Shown here one piece after another: positions 44,817-54,396 of a stretch of DNA of 64,000 nt. The stretch lies in IMG/VR virus record IMGVR_UViG_3300032287_001394. The stretch is one strand, 5' to 3'. Position 1 is the stretch's first letter, and each line of letters begins with the position of its first letter. The translations under genes were made by a program, and so were the position numbers. The notes below the pieces were generated by a model, which worked only from the letters and a program-made list of their open reading frames with translations, did not search any database and had not been told where the DNA came from. The stretch comes from a virus.

Positions 44817-45467
44817 TTGAAGAACTTTATACATCATGAGTTTCCAGTGTTGCAACGAATTGATTCAGAACAGGGTCGAGTATATCAAACCCCATCTGGA
44901 GATAAATATCCTAGTGTAACACAAGTAACAGGTCTCTTAAATAAACAATTCATCGTCGAATGGCGTAAAAGAGTTGGAGAAGAAGAGGCAAATAGAGTAT
45001 CAACACTGGCTTCCGGTCGAGGTACTCGTATTCATGGACTATGTGAGGATTTCTTATTAGGGAATCCAACTCAAGCCGACATGTTCGACGTTGAGATGTG
45101 GAATGATTTACGACCAGTCGTGGATAAGATAGACAATATACATGCTCTAGAGAGCAAGTTATATTCCGATAAACTACAATTGGCAGGAACTGTTGACTGT
45201 ATCGGAGAGTTTGATGGATTACTTAGCGTCATTGACTTTAAGACATCCAAACGACCCAAAGATATTAATAATATAGATAATTACTTTATACAGGCAACTG
45301 CTTATTCAGTTATGTTCGAAGAACTTACAGGAATTAAAGTTCCAGACTTAACGATAATCATAGGAGTAGACGATGCAAAACCACAAATCTTCCAACAGAA
45401 GCGCAAGGGCTTCATCCATCAATTAGTTGATCTTCGTCAACAATTTAAAAAATTAAATTTACTTTAA
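44817..45467 (+). CDS. PD-(D/E)xK exonuclease
   Basis: YPSVT, RGTRIH, AGTVDC, IDFKTS, YFIQATAY. Confidence 0.9.
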   Translation: MKNFIHHEFPVLQRIDSEQGRVYQTPSGDKYPSVTQVTGLLNKQFIVEWRKRVGEEEANRVSTLASGRGTRIHGLCEDFLLGNPTQADMFDVEMWNDLRPVVDKIDNIHALESKLYSDKLQLAGTVDCIGEFDGLLSVIDFKTSKRPKDINNIDNYFIQATAYSVMFEELTGIKVPDLTIIIGVDDAKPQIFQQKRKGFIHQLVDLRQQFKKLNLL

Positions 45468-45486
45468 TTAACAACTAAAGTATAAT
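45458..45486 (+). promoter_or_regulatory. Sigma70-type promoter
   Basis: TTTACT-17 nt-TATAAT. Confidence 0.75.
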
Positions 45487-45536
45487 ACTACTAAGCGCAT
45501 AAAAAGCTAAGTACTAATCGTAAGGAGAATATCCCC

Positions 45537-46064
45537 ATGAGAAAAACTTTCGCCGCAATATTGGCTATATGTTACCTGTGTTATTTTAATATAGCACATA
45601 CAGAAATAATACATCAAGAAATAAAACCACCAAAAAAACTAACTAAGGTGGAGAAACAACAAGTAGAATGTCTAGCACAGAATATGTACTATGAGGCTGG
45701 ATATGAACCTACTAAAGGACAGATCGCTGTCGCACTAGTGACTCTTAATAGAGTACACTCTGGATTGTATCCAAAATCTATATGTGGTACTATGACACAA
45801 AAGACCGAGTATACATGTCAGTTTAGTTGGTACTGTGATGACTATAAGAGAGTCAAAGCTACATCTTATAGATATACAAAGCATGAGAAAGAAGTATTTA
45901 ATAATATTAGATCTTTAGCTTTACATACATACTTAAACTATCAAACTATGCAAGATATTACGCATGGTGCATTATTTTTCCACACTAAGGATATTAATCC
46001 TAGATGGCAAAATGTTCGTGTAACAACTACTATTGGAAATCATATATTTTATAGAAAGGCTTGA
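45537..46064 (+). CDS. SleB-like cell wall hydrolase
   Basis: CLAQNMYYEA, VTLNRV, CQFSW, GALFFH, IGNHIFY; signal/TM N-terminus. Confidence 0.9.
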   Translation: MRKTFAAILAICYLCYFNIAHTEIIHQEIKPPKKLTKVEKQQVECLAQNMYYEAGYEPTKGQIAVALVTLNRVHSGLYPKSICGTMTQKTEYTCQFSWYCDDYKRVKATSYRYTKHEKEVFNNIRSLALHTYLNYQTMQDITHGALFFHTKDINPRWQNVRVTTTIGNHIFYRKA

Positions 46065-46753
46065 TCGTGGCACAACTTGCAAATGAAAATCCAGCTAATA
46101 TATTTAGCGGACTACTTAATAATGTACATATCAATACGATCGAGTCTGTATATAGAACTCATGAAGTATTTCTTGATCAAGAGATAGAGGACCCTAGTAA
46201 GTATCGAGAGCTAGTCTCTCTGCTTATCAATGCATCCGAGAATGACAAGATCCACCTGTTTATCAATTCCCCAGGTGGTAACCTTGATTCTGCCGGAGCA
46301 ATCATATCAGGCATCCTCTCGTCTCAGGCAGAAGTGACTGCATTCCTAATGGGTGCATGTCACTCTGCTGCCTCTCTAATCGCCATGTATTGCCATGCTG
46401 TCCATGTATATGATACTGCATACATCATGATCCATACGGCATCATTCGGCTCTGCCGGTAATACACCAACAGTCAAGGCTCACACAGATTTTACAGTCAA
46501 ACAGTGTGAGAAGCTATTGATTGATGCATACGAAGGTTTCTTAAGCAAGGCAGAACTTGATAAGGTATTGAACGGTCTTGAATTGTGGTTCAATGCAGAA
46601 GAGATCAAGCCTAGACTAAAGAAGAGGTTTGAAGCTGTACAATTACAAGATAAGAAAGCTGCTGAGAAACAAAATGAGATCGTGGATCAACCAAAGCCTG
46701 CCGCCAAGAAAGCTAAAGTAAAAGTTAAAGTTGAGGACGGCGCAATCGATTAG
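46061..46753 (+). CDS. ClpP-like protease
   Basis: INSPGG, CHSAAS (catalytic Ser), IMIH (catalytic His). Confidence 0.85.
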   Translation: MIVAQLANENPANIFSGLLNNVHINTIESVYRTHEVFLDQEIEDPSKYRELVSLLINASENDKIHLFINSPGGNLDSAGAIISGILSSQAEVTAFLMGACHSAASLIAMYCHAVHVYDTAYIMIHTASFGSAGNTPTVKAHTDFTVKQCEKLLIDAYEGFLSKAELDKVLNGLELWFNAEEIKPRLKKRFEAVQLQDKKAAEKQNEIVDQPKPAAKKAKVKVKVEDGAID

Positions 46754-46756
46754 TTG

Positions 46757-46785
46757 TGTACATTAATTCTTTATTATGGTATAAT
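46757..46785 (+). promoter_or_regulatory. Sigma70-type promoter
   Basis: TGTACA-17 nt-TATAAT. Confidence 0.85.
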
Positions 46786-46810
46786 ATATTTTTAAATCAA
46801 GGAAAGTGAA

Positions 46811-47068
46811 ATGAACGTGGCTCAACATATAAATCACAGTTATCAAACTGGCAATAAGCAAGAACTTCTCAGAGTCAAAGGTGAACTAGATAAACAACTC
46901 AAAGAGCTTGATGTATTCTTTGAAGAGTATCTTGAAGTATTCGACGATCAACTTAATGCATCAGATAAATCTTCTCCAGTATGGAAAGCGTATAATGATA
47001 AGTATAAAGTTTATGAGAACCTTAAGCATAGTTTTAAGATGACAGATTATTATTTAGGCATGCTATAA
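46811..47068 (+). CDS. Hypothetical protein
   Basis: 85-aa helical ORF with RBS. Confidence 0.7.
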   Translation: MNVAQHINHSYQTGNKQELLRVKGELDKQLKELDVFFEEYLEVFDDQLNASDKSSPVWKAYNDKYKVYENLKHSFKMTDYYLGML

Positions 47069-47295
47069 TGGAAGGCAAGATATTTAAGACTACGAATGAG
47101 TTTGCCTTGTTTATAGAAGAACTGGTATCACACAAGCGAATATCTCATATGGATGCAGTCTTATTGTATTGTGAAAAGAACTTCATAGATCCTGAAGACA
47201 TCAGCAAACTAATCAATAAAAACCTCAAACAAAAAATCGAACTTAATATGATTGAAGCTAATTATTTACCCAAAAAGGGTACTCTTGATATATGA
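47068..47295 (+). CDS. 33: Late transcription co-activator gp33
   Basis: FALFIEELV...MDAVLLYCEKN.IDPEDI..LINKNLKQKIE; order 33-59-32. Confidence 0.85.
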   Translation: MEGKIFKTTNEFALFIEELVSHKRISHMDAVLLYCEKNFIDPEDISKLINKNLKQKIELNMIEANYLPKKGTLDI

Positions 47296-47897
47296 CAGGA
47301 TTTAAGGCATTTAGATACTATCTAGCCTTAAAGCTGCATTTCAACAATGATAAGTACAACGTATTTGAAAACAAAGGCAACATCAAGTACTCATATGAAA
47401 ACTTTAATTCTCGAAATGATAGGCATATATTTGAGAAGCTAGCCAGAAAGTTTGATACAGACAAGGACTTAATCCAATTCCTTGCGGCAAACTTTGCATA
47501 TGGTCATGACAACATGATATTTGCCATAGAAGAAGCTAACGAGTACTATCTCGAATGGCAAAAGAGAAAACAAAGTATTAGCCGTATATTTAAGGATGAC
47601 CTCAATACTATTGAGCTAGAATCTCAGAAGCATGCCTTATCTCTGGACCAAATAATTAATTTTACTTTAAATGAATATCCGAGTATAATTAAACTATACT
47701 TAGGAAAAAAGATAGCCATTGAGTCTGTATCAATACTTAATGACTTATTGGACTTTATACCCAAGTGGAAGCAGAACCAATCGGGCATGCTTATACTAGA
47801 GTCTGATATAAGAAAGATAGAAAAGCTTAAAGGGTTTGTTAAGTATGAGCAAGATAAAATTAAACCAATTTTTAACGAATTTATTGCAATCTTTTGA
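47292..47897 (+). CDS. 59: Helicase loader gp59
   Basis: YLALKLHF...Y, F..RND...FEKLARK; gene order. Confidence 0.85.
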   Translation: MTGFKAFRYYLALKLHFNNDKYNVFENKGNIKYSYENFNSRNDRHIFEKLARKFDTDKDLIQFLAANFAYGHDNMIFAIEEANEYYLEWQKRKQSISRIFKDDLNTIELESQKHALSLDQIINFTLNEYPSIIKLYLGKKIAIESVSILNDLLDFIPKWKQNQSGMLILESDIRKIEKLKGFVKYEQDKIKPIFNEFIAIF

Positions 47898-47906
47898 TGT
47901 GGGTTG

Positions 47907-47914
47907 TATAAATA
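47907..47914 (+). promoter_or_regulatory. Late promoter
   Basis: TATAAATA upstream of gene 32. Confidence 0.65.
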
Positions 47915-47973
47915 AAAATGAGTAGCAGTTATACTCTATACACATTTAATACTAAAAATATAAGGAAAATACG

Positions 47974-48897
47974 ATGGACATTAATACACTCCGCGCTTCG
48001 CGCAATCAAGACTTCGGTGCAATCGCATCAGCATTCGAAAAAGTAGCAAACCCACAACAATCAAACTCATATGAAGATGACCGTTTCTGGAAGATGGAAC
48101 GAGATAAAGCTGGTAATGCCACAGCAGTCATTCGCTTCTTACCACGTGTAGAAGGTGATGAACTTCCATGGGTAAAGATCTTCTCTCATGGCTTCAAAGG
48201 ACCAACAGGTAAATGGTACATTGAGAACTCACTCACTACATTAGGTCAGAACGATCCAGTTGGTGAACTCAATACAAAACTATGGAACTCTGGTTCAGAT
48301 GCTAACAAAGAGATCGCACGTCTACAAAAACGTAGACTACACTTCATCTCAAACATCTTGGTTGTATCAGATCCTAAACACCCAGAAAACGAAGGCAAAG
48401 TAATGTTATTCAAGTATGGTAAGAAGATCTTTGATATGATCATGAACAAGGCTCGTCCTACATTTGAAGATGAGAAACCAGTTAATGTATTTGATCTATG
48501 GGAAGGTGCAAACTTCAAGATCCGTATGCGTACGGTAGAAGGTTATCCTAACTATGACCAATCAGCATTCGCTGAGCCAACTCCAGTAGCACCAAGCGAT
48601 GAAGCTATCTTAGCTGTTGCTAATAGACAAGTTAAACTTGGTGAGTTCCTTGAAGCTAAAAACTTTAAGAGTTATGAAGAACTTAAGACTAAGTTGGATT
48701 CAGTATTAAGTGGCGATGGTCAAGTTCCTACAGCAGAACAGCTTACTAATGAGCCGTTACCTGTAGCAGCTCCACCATCATTTACATCAGCTCCATCTCC
48801 AACTTATGCTGCAGCACCAGCAGCTAAAGCCCCAGAGATTAATGAAGATGATGACGATGTCATGTCATTCTTTCAAAAGATAGCTGACGAAGCTTAA
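47974..48897 (+). CDS. 32: Single-stranded DNA-binding protein gp32
   Basis: DDRFWK, AVIRFLP, WYIENSLTT, YGKKIFD, GANFKI, acidic tail. Confidence 0.95.
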   Translation: MDINTLRASRNQDFGAIASAFEKVANPQQSNSYEDDRFWKMERDKAGNATAVIRFLPRVEGDELPWVKIFSHGFKGPTGKWYIENSLTTLGQNDPVGELNTKLWNSGSDANKEIARLQKRRLHFISNILVVSDPKHPENEGKVMLFKYGKKIFDMIMNKARPTFEDEKPVNVFDLWEGANFKIRMRTVEGYPNYDQSAFAEPTPVAPSDEAILAVANRQVKLGEFLEAKNFKSYEELKTKLDSVLSGDGQVPTAEQLTNEPLPVAAPPSFTSAPSPTYAAAPAAKAPEINEDDDDVMSFFQKIADEA

Positions 48898-48910
48898 TTA
48901 GATGTAAAAG

Positions 48911-48936
48911 AAAAGGGAGCGAAAGCTCCCTTTTTT
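48911..48936. terminator. Bidirectional terminator between convergent genes
   Basis: aaaagggagc-gaaa-gctccctttt. Confidence 0.9.
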
Positions 48937-50710
48937 ATGTGGCAAATCTGGAGTTATAATATTTTCTTATTGAATGGTCTTGATCCCTGACTGGGACATT
49001 TACTGCGGTATTCTGAGTTTGTTTACTTACAGTAGTAGGTGCATTTACTATAGTATTGGATGAGGCTGCATTACTTGGAGTCTTAGCTATAGCATTCTCT
49101 GAAGATTGTGCTGCAACTCTATCAGCATTATTAATTGCAGTCTTAATAGCTTTTATGTGTTGATCACCATCACTATTCTGTATCTTTTCATAATCCTTTT
49201 CACTTATCTCTTTTCCATTTACTGTATATTTTCCAGTAGCTGGATCATAACGCGCACTATAGTTATCTTTTTCTTTATAGGACATTGTTTCACTAGATGA
49301 TGATATAATTTTAGGTTTATCATCGCTAAAATATTGATCATAGGCACCTTTACCGGCACCAATTAATCCACCTACACCAGCACCGACAGCAGTACCAACT
49401 CCTGGAATTACAGAGCCTATCATAGCTCCATAACCAGCATACTTAGTTGCAGTACCGGCAACACCTACAGCTTTACCGGTCTTTTCATATCCAGCTTCTT
49501 TAAGTTTATCACCGCCCATTTGGATGCCTTCGCCAGCAAGACTAGCTATAGCTCCAATACCGAATCCTTTTGCTAATTTACCAACACCACCTACTTTAGA
49601 CAAATATCCAGCGCCTTTTTTAAGAATTGCGCCTTTGCCACCAACTAGATTGGAAGCTGCATTAGCTACACCGCCTAGAGCTCCTCCGCCTGATGTTTCA
49701 ATACCTTTAACAGCTTCAAGCAAATCAGTATCAGCTTTAGCTTTACGTTCGTTCTCAACTTTGGTGATATTGATTAATTCTTCCATAGGTTGAGATGCAC
49801 TCTCTATGGCTTGGAGTTGAGAAGATTCTTCTTCTGATACGTTTAGCTTATCATCAGTTGGACCAGCAAACTGAATAGCACCTTTCTTTTCACCCTGTAA
49901 TCTAGGATCTACATCGATAACTGCTTGACCGGCTTCTGCAAGTTTTTTAACTTGTTGTTTACCGCCAGTAGTTCTTTCATATTCTTCGTCTGATATACCA
50001 GCTTCTCTATACTTCTCTCTATTATATTCTTCTGATTGTAAACCGGCACGAGCCTTGATAGTATCTTGTCCACGTCTTTGATAATATTGTTCAACAGCTG
50101 CTTTACTACCAAACTGTTTTAAGTTCTCCATGCCAGCATTTGCTTCAGTCATGCGAGTAGCCGTTCTTAATCGTTCTTCACGGACTGCTAACTTATTGTC
50201 AATAAATCCACCTTCTTTGACAAGACCAGTGGTTTGTGCTAGACCTCTTAATGAACCTAATTTATAACGTAATGAGTTAGTGTCAAACTTATCTCCACCT
50301 CGGCCCATTATCTTTTCTTTAAACTGTTGGCCGATACCTCTATAGTCAAGCTTTTGCTTACCAGCAATCTCTTCAGCTCTATTAGCTTTTACTTTATTTT
50401 TACCTAATACAGAATCAGATATAGTCTTTGTTAACTTCTCTATGTTTGTAGTTAACTTCTTATTAGACTCTAATAGATGTTGTCCACTCTTTCTTTCTTC
50501 TTGTTTAGATTGAATTTCTTTAGAATCTTTAACGACTGGTTCCGCAAGTGTCTTAGCACTTATGTTATCAGCTGATATGCTTTTTGCAGATAGATTGTTA
50601 GTACGTAACTGTTGTACGACTTGTTGAAAAGCCTTAGGGTTCATAGTAGTACCCATACTTTTTTGAAAGTCTTGCTCTGTCTTAAAACTTAATCCAGGAT
50701 CTTTTGCCAT
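48935..50710 (-). CDS. Putative tape-measure / baseplate hub protein
   Basis: 591 aa helical, glycine-zipper GAMIGSVIPGVGTAVGAGVGGLIG; downstream of gp26/gp51-like genes. Confidence 0.55.
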   Translation of the reverse strand: MAKDPGLSFKTEQDFQKSMGTTMNPKAFQQVVQQLRTNNLSAKSISADNISAKTLAEPVVKDSKEIQSKQEERKSGQHLLESNKKLTTNIEKLTKTISDSVLGKNKVKANRAEEIAGKQKLDYRGIGQQFKEKIMGRGGDKFDTNSLRYKLGSLRGLAQTTGLVKEGGFIDNKLAVREERLRTATRMTEANAGMENLKQFGSKAAVEQYYQRRGQDTIKARAGLQSEEYNREKYREAGISDEEYERTTGGKQQVKKLAEAGQAVIDVDPRLQGEKKGAIQFAGPTDDKLNVSEEESSQLQAIESASQPMEELINITKVENERKAKADTDLLEAVKGIETSGGGALGGVANAASNLVGGKGAILKKGAGYLSKVGGVGKLAKGFGIGAIASLAGEGIQMGGDKLKEAGYEKTGKAVGVAGTATKYAGYGAMIGSVIPGVGTAVGAGVGGLIGAGKGAYDQYFSDDKPKIISSSSETMSYKEKDNYSARYDPATGKYTVNGKEISEKDYEKIQNSDGDQHIKAIKTAINNADRVAAQSSENAIAKTPSNAASSNTIVNAPTTVSKQTQNTAVNVPVRDQDHSIRKYYNSRFAT

Positions 50711-50889
50711 TACCTACTTTCCAGTTTTTGTTTTTCTTCTTCTAAATGCTTAACTAACATAGCTACATAAATTTCACGTTCAAATGGGAACATCTCTTCA
50801 ATCTCAGTCAACGAATACTTGTGGTATTGCATGAGAGCGAAGTTCATCTTATAATAGTTGGCTAAGCTCTCGTGACTGAGATTAATTAA
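50710..50889 (-). CDS. gp51-like baseplate hub assembly ORF (first ATG at 50847; probably entered by -1 frameshift)
   Basis: SHESLANYYKMNFALMQYHKYSLTEIEEMFPFEREIY; not in ORF track. Confidence 0.8.
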   Translation of the reverse strand, partial: LINLSHESLANYYKMNFALMQYHKYSLTEIEEMFPFEREIYVAMLVKHLEEEKQKLESR

Positions 50890-51599
50890 AAAAAACTTGC
50901 CAGACCCTCCATCGTCTTAACATGATGCTTATTACATACAGGACAATCATATTCAACTGTCTGCTGTAGCTTAGGCATAGTTAAGAAGAAGCTTTCAATC
51001 TTCTTAAATTGCTCTTGAGTTAAGTTCTCAAGGAAATCAATCACTTCTTGTTTAGTTTGATCTTTAGTATTAAACACTTCTTCTGTGGTATAGACTGATT
51101 CCATACAGTCAGCTACTACATCAAATATACTATTAATGTCACCTTCTTTTATCTTTTCTAACTTATCTAAAGTAGCAAGAGTAGGATTATTCATAACGAT
51201 ACCTACATCATCAAATAAAGATATTTTGTTATCATGTCCTTCTGGGAACTCAACTGCAAACTTAGAGATATCAAGGTTAACTTGAGCTTTAGCTTTATCA
51301 TCATCACATGTGTCACATAAGAATAATAACTCTACTATCTCGCCTACAGACTTTGCTCGTATCTGTGTAAACAAATACTCATAGTCAAACGTAGCTAACT
51401 TATCAACATCAACATTATCTACTATACAGTTTTCAATAATAGACTTAAGTGTGTTTATCATGACTTTTGGATCTTCAGACTGCTGAGCTAATAATAAAGA
51501 CTTCTCTTCTTTAACTAGGAACGGTCTAAACTTTACTTCCTTCTTTGTAGAAGGGATCGTCACGTTATATAATGGTGCATTCATCTTTGGTAATGCCAT
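50886..51599 (-). CDS. Baseplate hub assembly protein (gp26-like)
   Basis: MALPK, FRPFLVKEEK, IRAKSVGE, CxxC pairs, ends EGLASFF. Confidence 0.85.
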   Translation of the reverse strand: MALPKMNAPLYNVTIPSTKKEVKFRPFLVKEEKSLLLAQQSEDPKVMINTLKSIIENCIVDNVDVDKLATFDYEYLFTQIRAKSVGEIVELLFLCDTCDDDKAKAQVNLDISKFAVEFPEGHDNKISLFDDVGIVMNNPTLATLDKLEKIKEGDINSIFDVVADCMESVYTTEEVFNTKDQTKQEVIDFLENLTQEQFKKIESFFLTMPKLQQTVEYDCPVCNKHHVKTMEGLASFF

Positions 51600-51600
51600 A

Positions 51601-52035
51601 CTATTCTCCTTTATTCATGTCTTTAATCATCTTACTCAATTCACTTGTAGATCCCACAAATATTGCGTTATTATTAGTGACTTGTTTATTTGGTTGGCCT
51701 TCAGCGTTAGCTTTAGGTGCATCCAACTTTTGTTTACGTTCACTCAATGCTAGTAGCTGTTCGTTAGTGTCAGCTAGTTGTTTCATTAAGTTACCTACTA
51801 CTTCAAATGCTCTCGGATGCTCAGATTGTTTGGCTATCTCTAGTGCATGATACAATGCATCCTGTCCTTGATTCAATAGTTTGTGTAGATTATTTCTAGC
51901 AGAATCATAGTCATAGTTGACGTTCTCTTCTACCTTATTAGAAGCTGGGACAATCTCTTGTCCCGTGCTTGCAACTTCACCCTGTTTAAGAGGTTCTACA
52001 TCAAATATCTTTGATAAATTTTCATCAGACTTCAT
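51601..52035 (-). CDS. Terminase small subunit-like (gp16)
   Basis: DYDSARNNL, SEHPRAFEV, NNNAIFVGSTSEL. Confidence 0.7.
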   Translation of the reverse strand: MKSDENLSKIFDVEPLKQGEVASTGQEIVPASNKVEENVNYDYDSARNNLHKLLNQGQDALYHALEIAKQSEHPRAFEVVGNLMKQLADTNEQLLALSERKQKLDAPKANAEGQPNKQVTNNNAIFVGSTSELSKMIKDMNKGE

Positions 52036-52049
52036 AATATACCTTTATG

Positions 52050-52559
52050 TTACATAATCTTACGTGTTGGTGTTGCTCTAGCTGCAGGAGCAGCTGGTGT
52101 TTCTGATTCACTATAATCCTCTACACTTGGTGGTGCAGGAGGTGTTGGCTCTGATCTAGGAGCTTGTGATCTTAACGCCATTGGTTGCATAGGCGGCGGA
52201 ACGGCCGCTTCAGACTTTTTTGATGATGAATATGCATTAGCACCAAAGAAAGCTGCAACTAAAGCTGAGATAGCTACAAAGTATGTAGGAGCAATATTAC
52301 CGATAATAGTTGCTGCATCATCTACGTTTAACCATGAAGCAATAACGATCGTTACTGGATAGAGTAACATGCCCCATAGAGCGAACCATGTCATCTTACG
52401 CATAGCGTCGCGCTGAGCGTCTTGATCTTCAAGCTCTCTGCGTTTAAACTCTAGGTACATAGCTAGCTCTTGGCTACTTACATAGCCGTCACCATTTGTA
52501 TCTGCTTCTGCTAATTGTCTGTAAGCATTATCGCTTACACCTTGTTTTATATCTGCCAT
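52050..52559 (-). CDS. EF-hand-like, two-TM membrane protein
   Basis: DTNGDGYVSSQE loop; two TM helices; Pro-rich tail. Confidence 0.7.
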   Translation of the reverse strand: MADIKQGVSDNAYRQLAEADTNGDGYVSSQELAMYLEFKRRELEDQDAQRDAMRKMTWFALWGMLLYPVTIVIASWLNVDDAATIIGNIAPTYFVAISALVAAFFGANAYSSSKKSEAAVPPPMQPMALRSQAPRSEPTPPAPPSVEDYSESETPAAPAARATPTRKIM

Positions 52560-52568
52560 TTTATTTCC

Positions 52569-53312
52569 TTATATTTTTATGCTTCCTTGACCAACTGAAG
52601 CTGTTTCTGATGAGAATAATGAAGCCCTACCTTGCTCAAATGAGTTAAATCCGGTTTGATATTGATTAAAGTTTGTATAGTAAGTATCAGGTATTTCTGC
52701 CGTATCACCTAAATATTCATTAAGAGAATCTTGTGAATTGGAGAATAAATCACCAATACCTGAATTATTACTATAAGTATTTGTTGTGGCTGAAGATCTC
52801 CAATATTTGTAGTTCATAGCTACAACCATCTTCATGACTTCTTTATTTCCATAATCCATTTGCACTGGATTTAAAGCTTTAGGATAGCACTGATATAATG
52901 TAACTTGATAGCGACTCTTATCTGCAACATCAAATACATCTATTACAATATCCGTAGTATAATCTCTATAATAACTAAATGTTCTTGTCACTGGATCTTG
53001 TATTGCACCCATCCAATTATCAAATAATAACTTAACTGACATGGAGTTGTCTACATAGAATCCCATATTTATTGTATCAAATAATTTATTATGTGGCATC
53101 TCGCGAGCCTCGCCAAACGTCTTAGCCGCAGTAGTTTCTAGTGTAATACCTGGTAAATTTATATTATCACAATATAATAATACTTTTCTTAGGTCTCTGC
53201 TGTACTTACCTTCAACTATAGCATTTGGTAATGTGAACATGACAGCGAACCGCGAAGTTCGCATCAATCCTTCTCCAGCTACAGCTGATATGAATTCGTT
53301 TAATGTTGCCAT
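52569..53312 (-). CDS. Tail tube initiator / gp54-like (tube fold)
   Basis: LYCDNINLPG, FYVD, FDNWM, YPK; start re-set to ATG 53312. Confidence 0.7.
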   Translation of the reverse strand: MATLNEFISAVAGEGLMRTSRFAVMFTLPNAIVEGKYSRDLRKVLLYCDNINLPGITLETTAAKTFGEAREMPHNKLFDTINMGFYVDNSMSVKLLFDNWMGAIQDPVTRTFSYYRDYTTDIVIDVFDVADKSRYQVTLYQCYPKALNPVQMDYGNKEVMKMVVAMNYKYWRSSATTNTYSNNSGIGDLFSNSQDSLNEYLGDTAEIPDTYYTNFNQYQTGFNSFEQGRASLFSSETASVGQGSIKI

Positions 53313-53314
53313 TA

Positions 53315-53896
53315 TTATCCTATCGAGTCTTTCCAGACTTTTGCTTTTTGAGCTCCTACAAATTGTTCTACTGGCAACAGCATAGCCGTAGTCCAATCAG
53401 GAGCATCTATCTTCCTAAATGTAGATCTAACATGATCATTTAGGTAGTGTTTAACACATGGTTGGGCCCAATTAAACTTAGACACCCCGCCTATAAGTTT
53501 CCAAGAAAGCTTAAGACGAGTATTTTCAGTCAAGTTACTATCAGTAGCAAAATCCATTAATCTTTGTAATAGCATGACACGCATTTGGTATGGTATATAG
53601 TGCATGTTTAATCCCATAAATCCACCCGGAACTCTTTTAAATGGGAATACTAATGGAAATTTATCATAGTATGGTAAGGTATCTTTATGCTTAGGATCAT
53701 AGAAGAACATGTACAAACTGCCTGGAACGACCTGAGCTTTTACTTGTTTTGGATTTGAATTCATTACCTTTTGACGGGTAATATTCTGTCTACCAAGTAA
53801 GATAGCTTGTTGTTGAAACCATGCCCTTGACCTAAATGCAGCCTGCTTTAGTTCATATGGATTCTGTTTAAATACGTCTTTTAATTGCTGAGCCAT
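53315..53896 (-). CDS. 2: DNA end protector protein gp2
   Basis: YDPKHKDTLPYYDKFPLVF, GLNMHY, CVKHYL, LLPVEQF. Confidence 0.9.
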   Translation of the reverse strand: MAQQLKDVFKQNPYELKQAAFRSRAWFQQQAILLGRQNITRQKVMNSNPKQVKAQVVPGSLYMFFYDPKHKDTLPYYDKFPLVFPFKRVPGGFMGLNMHYIPYQMRVMLLQRLMDFATDSNLTENTRLKLSWKLIGGVSKFNWAQPCVKHYLNDHVRSTFRKIDAPDWTTAMLLPVEQFVGAQKAKVWKDSIG

Positions 53897-53901
53897 TTGA
53901 T

Positions 53902-53909
53902 TATTTATA
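53902..53909 (-). promoter_or_regulatory. Late promoter (minus strand)
   Basis: tatttata = TATAAATA on the minus strand, upstream of gene 2. Confidence 0.75.
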
Positions 53910-53911
53910 TG

Positions 53912-54349
53912 TTATTTCAGGCCTAATTCATTTTCTGTGATGATAACAAACTCATATCCTCTATCTTTACAATACTCTGTAGCGGCTTTCCATTTAGCCT
54001 GATTCTTAATAAAAGACATTGATTCTGTAATATAGTGTTTAGTCCTACGACCTGGATACTCTGGTGGCTGGGTTTGTTTAGCTGGTTTAACTTCAACAAG
54101 ATATGTTTTTGTTTGGTTATCTCGCGTCTTAACACGGATCTTAAAGTCTATGAAATATCTATGGAGTCTATTATCTGTAGGACATCTATATGGGACCACA
54201 GTCTCCTCAGAACACCATTTTAATATAGATGGGTTCTTATCACACCATGATGCAAAGCGGGTCTCCCAACTGGATCTCATGATTATGTTGGTAGGGTCTC
54301 CTTCATACTTCTCAGGAAACATTGGTTTGTATCTTCGTTTATGAAACAT
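53912..54349 (-). CDS. 4: Head completion nuclease gp4
   Basis: RSSWE, WCSEE, HRYFIDF, VEVKP, NQAKW, ITENELG; start re-set to ATG 54349. Confidence 0.9.
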   Translation of the reverse strand: MFHKRRYKPMFPEKYEGDPTNIIMRSSWETRFASWCDKNPSILKWCSEETVVPYRCPTDNRLHRYFIDFKIRVKTRDNQTKTYLVEVKPAKQTQPPEYPGRRTKHYITESMSFIKNQAKWKAATEYCKDRGYEFVIITENELGLK

Positions 54350-54354
54350 ATTCT

Positions 54355-54371
54355 TATTTATCATATAAATA
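54355..54371. promoter_or_regulatory. Divergent late promoters
   Basis: TATAAATA (+) at 54364-54371; GATAAATA variant (-) at 54355-54362. Confidence 0.65.
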
Positions 54372-54396
54372 ATAATAAACATATGCAGGAGCAAGT

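Noticed and set aside
44817-45467. Cas4 / CRISPR association of the exonuclease
   Set aside because: No Fe-S cysteine cluster and no array; ordinary phage PD-(D/E)xK exonuclease
47915-47973. T4 gene 32-type autoregulatory pseudoknot
   Set aside because: Only a weak GAGTA/TACTC hairpin in an AT-rich leader; no convincing second stem
441-48518. Numerous minus-strand and alternate-frame ORFs in the track (e.g. 441-797, 4682-5116, 8075-8581, 32055-32573)
   Set aside because: They are shadows of well-supported plus-strand genes, with no RBS or recognisable motifs
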